A stretch of DNA of 64,000 nucleotides from Bacteroidales bacterium (GTDB lineage: Bacteria > Bacteroidota > Bacteroidia > Bacteroidales > GCA-2711565): the NCBI GenBank assembly GCA_963664245.1, contig OY760934.1:2412998-2476997 (forward strand). Reading direction: 5' to 3'. Both the position numbers and the translations under genes were made by a program. The notes beneath the pieces were generated by a model. The model did not search any database and was not told the DNA's origin. It saw only the letters and a program-made list of their open reading frames with translations. Shown one piece after another: positions 58,059 to 64,000 of this stretch (position 1 is its first letter; every line of letters begins with the position of its first letter).

Positions 58059-60830
58059 TTATCGGTCTCTAAAATCTTTTTTCTTCTCCAGTTTTAAATC
58101 TTGCAATAAGGTTGATTTAATGGCAATGGTAAAATTCCAGCTTTTGCGGGCTCCAATAGGAATCCAGTTAAAGCGCATTTCCCAGCAATGAAGGTCACGA
58201 TAAATATTTATTGACGTAAATGATACGTTTTTGTTTTTAAAATCGTAACCCGTTCTGAACGTTAATTTGGTTTTGGGTGTTAAGCTTAAGTCGCCGCTTA
58301 AATTAACGGTATGTGCAGTAATTTTTTCATCTTTAGTGATTTTATATTGCCCATCTTCCGAAAGACGTTCATATGATATGTTATTGGTTTTTGATAAACT
58401 ATAACTAACATTTAATTTCCAGGGGATACTCCAGTCTACATAATCATCCGGGTTGTTCCTGATGTCCATTGCTTCAGGGCCAAATTCAGAACCCAGTAAA
58501 GAAGGATCATCTAAATTGGGGATGCCACTTATATTTTCACCTGCATCAGGCTTGCCGCCTTTATCATCTTTCTTTTTGGGTGAGGTAAAGCTATAATTCA
58601 TGCTAAAATTCCAGCGGGTGCTTTCATGGCGCAAAAGTTTTTTCCTGAAATCCCATTCGTATTGATCTATTTCCTGCCCATCGGCATCAACGGCATAAGG
58701 GTTCCATGTACTGGAATAATTAATTTTTAATTTTTTAAAGAGGGTTGTTCGTCCGCTAACCGAAACCGGCGACCAGTTTAAAGAGTCTTTGGTGAAGTCG
58801 TATGAAGTAGAAAGGCTGAAGCTCTCAATCAGTACCACTTTTTTTAATCCATTAACCGTATCTTTTTTTGAAGGCACTTTCATTTCTAAATTATTCGAAA
58901 TCGAAAAAGATATGGCTGCAGATTTCCGACTGGATGGACTCCCGTAAATTGATTGTTCGAAACGGGAGTATTTCACAAATTCTGTTTGAGCCGAATTGGT
59001 GTATACTTTGTCATAATATCCCCATTGGTCGGTTGAAAAATCGGGAGTATATGATAAGCTTGCACTAGGTGTTATAACGTGACGTATTGCCCTTACCGGT
59101 CCTTTTTTAAAATTCACCATTCCGTATAGTTTGGTAGAAACTCCTGCGGAGAGGCTATAGTCAAAAACGTTTTCAAGCTGGTAAACCGTATCATTTACAA
59201 TTTCAGGGACGCTTTTGCCATCATCGGTAATGGTAGGCCGGATTAATTTTCTAATACTGCTGAAATAAACCCGGTCGGTAATATTCATGCTGGTGGTTAG
59301 GTTAAAATATTTAAAAAGTTTTAACGGCAAAGAAATAGGAATGGTTTGTTTGATCCCGTTTCTCATTTTCTTTTCAAAACCGGGCTTAAACAATAATGAA
59401 TCAGCAACACTAATCGTATTTTGGGCGTTCATGTTGTACTTCATACTGATTTTTTCGTACCATTTTAACCCGCCTACTTTATCTTTTTTCCTGAACGGAT
59501 AAAACTGGTTCAACCCAAAACTGATTTGCGGAAAAGTAACACTAATGATCCTGGATTGCGTGTTTTGGCTATGGCTGGCATTTACAGTTAAACTGTGTTT
59601 TCCGGCAATTTGGGTTTGGTAAGAAATACCGGATTGAAAAGTACTGGATAAATAATCTTGGGAAGTCGTTGGGTTATACGTATTATATTTCGAACTCACA
59701 ATGTTTACATTGGCTGTAAAACGACTATTTGGACGGGCTTTACTGTCTTGTGCATGTTGCCACCGGATAGCAAAATCACGCCTTGATCCCTCGTCGTCAA
59801 TTTCTTTGTTTTTTGCGAAAGTTAAATTAAATGAACCACGGTATTTGTAACGTTTAACATAATTTGACATTGCTTTAACGGCCCAGCTACCATAGGTGTA
59901 AATATCGCCAGTTAATTTTAGGTCAAGGTTTTCGTTAAAGGCCCAGTAGTATCCCCCGTCTTCAAAATAAAAACCACGGTTGGCCGATTCTCCCCAGGTT
60001 GGTAAAATTACCCCCGAGCGCCGTCCTTTTTTATTGGGGAACAAACCGAAGGGGATAAACAAGGGAGTATGAACACCTTCGATGACTAAATGGGCGGGGC
60101 CGGTAATTAATTTGTCTCCGGGTATTGCTTTTGATTTATTAAACTGAAACCCAAAATGAGGACATTCTTCATTGCTACAGGTTGTAAAAAATCCATGGCT
60201 GGTGTTAATGCTTTCATCATCTAGTTTTTTTACATCTTCCCCGTGCATGTATTGTTCGCCATCCTGCGTAAAAGCCTGTCTGATAAAAGCCTTTCGGGTT
60301 TTATAGTTGTACTTCATGAATTTCGACTTGTACTCTTGATCTTTTTCGGTAAAAATGGGTTTCCCGATTAGTTTTCCGGCAGAGTCAAGTACCCCTTCGG
60401 CAAACAATAAATTTTCATTGAAATTAATTTTTATATCATCTGCTTTTAGGTTAATGTTTTGATAATCGATTTCACCTTCCTTAAAAAGATAAACTTTTTT
60501 GTCCTGTAAATTAAAGCGAATTGAATCTAATGCTTTGTATTTGACAATTGCTTCCAAGCGGTTACTTGACTTTGTGCTGTCGTTTTTTATATTGAGTGAA
60601 TCAGCTTTAATTTGTAATGAGTCGATTTTTACCAGGGGCTTATTTAATGAGTCGTTTTTAGAAGGTTCTGTTACAGTTTCTTGCGCCAAGAGATTAAAAG
60701 GCATCAGCAAAATAAAAACCCCAATGGCGAAAACAGTAAATACAGAAAGTGTTGAAAATTTGAGAAACAAATTATTGGTATAAGAATGTTTAATATTATT
60801 TTTGTTTGCAAGCTGACTCATTGGCTGCAA
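58059..60830 (-). CDS. large outer-membrane LptD-like (putative LPS-assembly) protein
   Basis: 923-aa ORF with an N-terminal anchor/signal, OstA-like beta-jellyroll repeats (KADDIKINFNENLLFAEG) and a very large Tyr/Ser/Asn-rich barrel. Size and the neighbouring amidase match the Bacteroidota 'putative LptD' (from memory). Confidence 0.75.
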   Translation of the reverse strand: MQPMSQLANKNNIKHSYTNNLFLKFSTLSVFTVFAIGVFILLMPFNLLAQETVTEPSKNDSLNKPLVKIDSLQIKADSLNIKNDSTKSSNRLEAIVKYKALDSIRFNLQDKKVYLFKEGEIDYQNINLKADDIKINFNENLLFAEGVLDSAGKLIGKPIFTEKDQEYKSKFMKYNYKTRKAFIRQAFTQDGEQYMHGEDVKKLDDESINTSHGFFTTCSNEECPHFGFQFNKSKAIPGDKLITGPAHLVIEGVHTPLFIPFGLFPNKKGRRSGVILPTWGESANRGFYFEDGGYYWAFNENLDLKLTGDIYTYGSWAVKAMSNYVKRYKYRGSFNLTFAKNKEIDDEGSRRDFAIRWQHAQDSKARPNSRFTANVNIVSSKYNTYNPTTSQDYLSSTFQSGISYQTQIAGKHSLTVNASHSQNTQSRIISVTFPQISFGLNQFYPFRKKDKVGGLKWYEKISMKYNMNAQNTISVADSLLFKPGFEKKMRNGIKQTIPISLPLKLFKYFNLTTSMNITDRVYFSSIRKLIRPTITDDGKSVPEIVNDTVYQLENVFDYSLSAGVSTKLYGMVNFKKGPVRAIRHVITPSASLSYTPDFSTDQWGYYDKVYTNSAQTEFVKYSRFEQSIYGSPSSRKSAAISFSISNNLEMKVPSKKDTVNGLKKVVLIESFSLSTSYDFTKDSLNWSPVSVSGRTTLFKKLKINYSSTWNPYAVDADGQEIDQYEWDFRKKLLRHESTRWNFSMNYSFTSPKKKDDKGGKPDAGENISGIPNLDDPSLLGSEFGPEAMDIRNNPDDYVDWSIPWKLNVSYSLSKTNNISYERLSEDGQYKITKDEKITAHTVNLSGDLSLTPKTKLTFRTGYDFKNKNVSFTSINIYRDLHCWEMRFNWIPIGARKSWNFTIAIKSTLLQDLKLEKKKDFRDR

Positions 60831-60885
60831 ATTTAACTATCAAAACAATTAAATAAAATATAAATTTTATTAAAAGTAAGATAAA

Positions 60886-61971
60886 GTGAAACGATTTGGA
60901 ATTCTGCTTATTGCCCTGGCTTTTTTCTTCTCTTTGACCCATGCTCAATCAGACGGACATATAAAAACCGTTGTTATTGATGCTGGCCATGGGGGAAAGG
61001 ATCCGGGAGCTTCAGGGCCGAATTCCATCGAAAAACACATTGCGCTTTCTATTGCCCTGAAGGCAGGGGCTTATATCGAAAAGAATCTGCCAGATGTAAA
61101 CGTTATTTATACCCGCAAAACCGATATTTTTATTCCCTTACATCAACGTGCCAGGATTGCCAATAATGCTAAAGCCGATTTGTTTATTTCCATCCATTGT
61201 AATGCGTTTGCTTCTTCAAAAATTTATGGAGCGGAAACCTATGTTTTGGGATTACATGCTACCGACGAAAACCTGGAAGTAGCTAAAAAAGAAAATGCAA
61301 GTATTCTTCAGGAGGAAGATTACATGGAGAATTATGAGGGCTTTGATCCCAATTCACCGGAAGCATATATCATATTTAGTTTATACCAAAATGCAAACCT
61401 CGATCAAAGCCTGGATATTGCTTCACGTGTTCAAAAACAATTTAAAGAACGGGTTGGGTTAAGGGACCGGGGGGTAATTCCGGCCGGATTTATTGTGCTT
61501 TATCAGGCAACAATGCCCGGTATTTTAATCGAAACCGGTTATTTAACCAATGCAAACGATGAAAAATTTTTATTGTCGAAAAATGGGCAAACTTATATTG
61601 CATCGGCCATTTACCGGGCTTTTAAAGAATATAAAACAGCATACGAAAAAAACGCAAAATCCTTGGTAAACGAACAAACAAAAAATGTTGAAGTAAAAAA
61701 GAAAGCTCCGGATATTATTTTCAGGGTTCAGGTTGCTTCTTCAAACCGGGATTTAAATGTTAAGCGTAAATTTAAAGGAATGGGTGAGGTGTTTGTGTAT
61801 AAGCATAATGGCTTAAATAAATATTGCCTGGGCGAGACGCGCTCTTTTGAAGAATCCAATTCGTTAAAAAACACATTACGTAATTTAAAATTTAAAGATG
61901 CATTTGTAGTTGCATTTTTTGAAGGTAAAAGAATACCTTTGGAAGAAGCAAAGGAAATGTTAAAAAATTAA
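60886..61971 (+). CDS. N-acetylmuramoyl-L-alanine amidase (Amidase_3) with C-terminal SPOR domain
   Basis: 361-aa ORF with a GTG start and signal peptide. Contains VVIDAGHGGKDPGA, FISIHCNA and ETGYLTN. The C-terminal IFRVQVASS...FKDAFVVAF is SPOR-like. Confidence 0.9.
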   Translation: MKRFGILLIALAFFFSLTHAQSDGHIKTVVIDAGHGGKDPGASGPNSIEKHIALSIALKAGAYIEKNLPDVNVIYTRKTDIFIPLHQRARIANNAKADLFISIHCNAFASSKIYGAETYVLGLHATDENLEVAKKENASILQEEDYMENYEGFDPNSPEAYIIFSLYQNANLDQSLDIASRVQKQFKERVGLRDRGVIPAGFIVLYQATMPGILIETGYLTNANDEKFLLSKNGQTYIASAIYRAFKEYKTAYEKNAKSLVNEQTKNVEVKKKAPDIIFRVQVASSNRDLNVKRKFKGMGEVFVYKHNGLNKYCLGETRSFEESNSLKNTLRNLKFKDAFVVAFFEGKRIPLEEAKEMLKN

Positions 61972-61995
61972 ATTATTCATATAAAAAACATCAAC

Positions 61996-62943
61996 GTGAA
62001 AATTTCAAGAGAACTAAGAGTAGGTATTATTTTTATCCTCGGTTTGGCCCTGTTGTTTTGGGGGTATAATTTTTTGAAGGGCAAAAATGTATTTAGTACT
62101 CAACGAATATTTTATGCCATTTACGATAATGTAAACGGCTTAAATCCTTCTAACCTGGTTTCTATCAATGGGCTGGAAGTCGGGCATGTAAAAGATGTTT
62201 ATTTTGAAGAAAATTATTCGGGAAGAGTGGTTGCGGTTTTAGCGGTAACGAGCGACTTTCCAATTCCTAAAAACTCAACAGCTCGTATTTTTAGTTCCGA
62301 TTTAATGGGATCAAAAGAAGTAGCCATTGACCTCGGAACCTCAAAAGCTATGGCAACTCCGGGCGATACTTTGTTGTCTGATGCAGAAGCTTCTTTGAAA
62401 GAAGAAGTAAACCGACAGGTTCAACCGATTAAAAAGAAAGCAGAAAATTTGATGGGGACCATCGATTCGTTGGCCACGGCTATAACTACTATTTTTAATG
62501 AAGGTGCCCGTGAGGATCTTAAAAATAGTTTTGCAAGTATTAAAGAAACATTTTCTAATTTGAAGCATACCACGGCCGAAATTGACGAAAAAGTTAAACA
62601 GGAGTCAGATCGATTATCAAGCATTCTGGCAAATATTGATTCGGTTGCCCTGGCTTTAAATGCAAACAAAACGGATTTGTCAAACATTATCACCAATTTT
62701 TCAGCTATTTCTGATTCGTTGGTTAAAGCCGATGTAGCAACAACTTTCAGAAATGCAAATAAAGCCATAGGCGAAATTGCAATGATTTTAGCAAAAGTTA
62801 ACCGTGGAGAAGGTACGCTGGGAGCTTTGGTTCAAAACGATTCGTTATATTTCCATGTTGAAAAATCGATGTCTGACCTGAATAAATTACTGGCAGATAT
62901 TAAAGAGCATCCAAAAAAGTATGTTCGCCTGACGATTTTTTAG
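61996..62943 (+). CDS. MlaD/MCE-family protein
   Basis: 315-aa ORF with a GTG start, an N-terminal TM helix, an MCE domain (NGLNPSNLVSINGLEVGHVKDV) and a long helical C-terminus. Confidence 0.85.
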   Translation: MKISRELRVGIIFILGLALLFWGYNFLKGKNVFSTQRIFYAIYDNVNGLNPSNLVSINGLEVGHVKDVYFEENYSGRVVAVLAVTSDFPIPKNSTARIFSSDLMGSKEVAIDLGTSKAMATPGDTLLSDAEASLKEEVNRQVQPIKKKAENLMGTIDSLATAITTIFNEGAREDLKNSFASIKETFSNLKHTTAEIDEKVKQESDRLSSILANIDSVALALNANKTDLSNIITNFSAISDSLVKADVATTFRNANKAIGEIAMILAKVNRGEGTLGALVQNDSLYFHVEKSMSDLNKLLADIKEHPKKYVRLTIF

Positions 62944-64000
62944 AGGAATCTTTAATAAAGATTTCCTGTTTTGACCAGGGACGTAGATGTTCTAGCCATT
63001 TAAACCCTTTGAGCTTTTTGTTTTCTTCGGTGATTTCAAAAATAGGGTACAGGGTTGCCGAAGGATTGGTCATATAAACGATGCTTACAATTTTCCGGTC
63101 TTTAACTGTAATTTTCATATTGCTGGCCACGGCTTTATTAAGGCCGATCAATTCATGGGTTATATCGTCCCTGACGTAATAAATCGTTTCCGAATTCCCG
63201 TTTACATTGATTTGGTATAATTCATTATCCCTGAAATGTCCAATTACATCCCGTCCCCTGATCTGGTTAAACGTGTTTGTACTATCCTGTGAAATAATCA
63301 ATGCCGAATTATACATTACCAGCGAATCCATTTGCTGGTTGGTCATGTAAATCTTCATCGAGTCGCTGGTCAATTGGTTTTCATCCGACCATAATACAGG
63401 TTCCTGGTACATCGAAATAATGGAATCGTTAACGTGGTAAACTAATGAGTCGGAGGCTCCCTGTAAATCTTCCCTGAAAAATTTCACGTGATTAAAAGCA
63501 ATAAGTTTTTCGGCATAATCGGCACTGTCCAATATCATTTTAAGCGTATCGGCATGTAAAAACAACGAATCCTGATTATCGATTAAAACGGCCATGGCAC
63601 TATCGGTGGCATAACCATAACCTTTTTGTTTTAAATATTCTACAATTTGGCCTTCAATCACCACCTCTTTTTCTATGTCCATCAAAATCGCGTTTTTAAA
63701 GGCGTATCCGTATTCAATTTTTTTGTCGTAATAAATTGAGTCGCCATATAAAATTTGGTTTTTATGTTGAACCGTGCCGTGTTCTTTTAAAATGGTGATG
63801 TCATTTTTGGTGTCGGAAGTGCCTTTATAGGCAAACATAAAATCTTCTTCCCCGTCCAACGTTGAATAGCCCTGAAAATCGACAACCTCGGTAACGGTAT
63901 TGTAAATTAGTGTATCCGATTTAATTTCATAATCGGGGGTATTTACAACCACGTTGTTTCGAAAATGATACTCGTTTAAGGCGGAATAATATTCACCGAT
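62900..64000 (-). CDS. OstA-like (LptA/LptD N-terminal fold repeats) protein, 5' end outside window
   Basis: The reading frame stays open from 62900 to the window edge, so the listed Met/GTG at 63952 is not necessarily the start. The sequence is repetitive beta-rich (..DSLVYH..; ..DSIYYD..). The family call has moderate support. Confidence 0.7.
   Translation of the reverse strand: MGEYYSALNEYHFRNNVVVNTPDYEIKSDTLIYNTVTEVVDFQGYSTLDGEEDFMFAYKGTSDTKNDITILKEHGTVQHKNQILYGDSIYYDKKIEYGYAFKNAILMDIEKEVVIEGQIVEYLKQKGYGYATDSAMAVLIDNQDSLFLHADTLKMILDSADYAEKLIAFNHVKFFREDLQGASDSLVYHVNDSIISMYQEPVLWSDENQLTSDSMKIYMTNQQMDSLVMYNSALIISQDSTNTFNQIRGRDVIGHFRDNELYQINVNGNSETIYYVRDDITHELIGLNKAVASNMKITVKDRKIVSIVYMTNPSATLYPIFEITEENKKLKGFKWLEHLRPWSKQEIFIKDSSKKSSGEHTFLDAL

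Noticed and set aside
1-64000. I searched for CRISPR arrays, rRNA genes, prophage or integrase genes, and defence-system hallmarks (nucleases, helicases, restriction-modification methylases).
   Set aside because: No regularly spaced direct repeats and no such gene content were seen by eye. The only mobile-element genes are the IS256 relic and the IS200-type tnpA.

Overview
AT-rich 64-kb chromosomal window that looks like Bacteroidota. Support: CarbopepD-type TonB receptor, TAnnTTTG-type promoter boxes, A-rich leaders without Shine-Dalgarno, DUF4292/LptD-like/OstA-like envelope genes, ptb-buk and tnaA. I can support about 58 protein genes, two tRNAs (Ala-GGC, Cys-GCA), one intact IS200-type Y1 transposase gene and one IS256 transposase relic. 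No rRNA or CRISPR array was seen. From 19.6 kb to the end the content is mostly housekeeping: thpR, an ECF sigma module, glnS, gltX, folB, ybeY, mnmG, dut, queD, pfk and ridA. It also holds envelope genes (LpoB-like, EnvC-like, LptD-like, amidase, MlaD, OstA-like), ptb-buk, tnaA, an amino-acid symporter and an RND efflux operon with two interleaved TetR genes. The left third is accessory. (i) 697-7484 is a five-gene cluster of TonB receptor, lamin-tail-domain lipoprotein, second beta-barrel, lipoprotein and PepSY-TM protein, with no known substrate. (ii) 7.6-19.5 kb is an island bounded by the IS256 relic on one side and the IS200 unit plus tRNA-Ala on the other. It encodes TetR, a heterodimeric ABC exporter, an O-methyltransferase, an MMPL/RND-superfamily transporter, a LolA-like protein and a DUF1302-like barrel. 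The most unusual sequence-level signals are in this island. Every intergenic spacer of the four-gene MMPL block carries a related AGCTRTTGGC...TGCCAA element. Three genes share a near-identical leader. The IS200-type transposase gene is bracketed by 22-bp inverted repeats whose core matches those spacer elements, an arrangement reminiscent of RAYT/REP. Other findings are an unannotated 52-codon zinc-ribbon ORF (a tandem paralog of its neighbour) and an identical 16-nt CACGTG-centred box in front of mnmG and the next gene. Family names marked 'from memory' need HMM confirmation.
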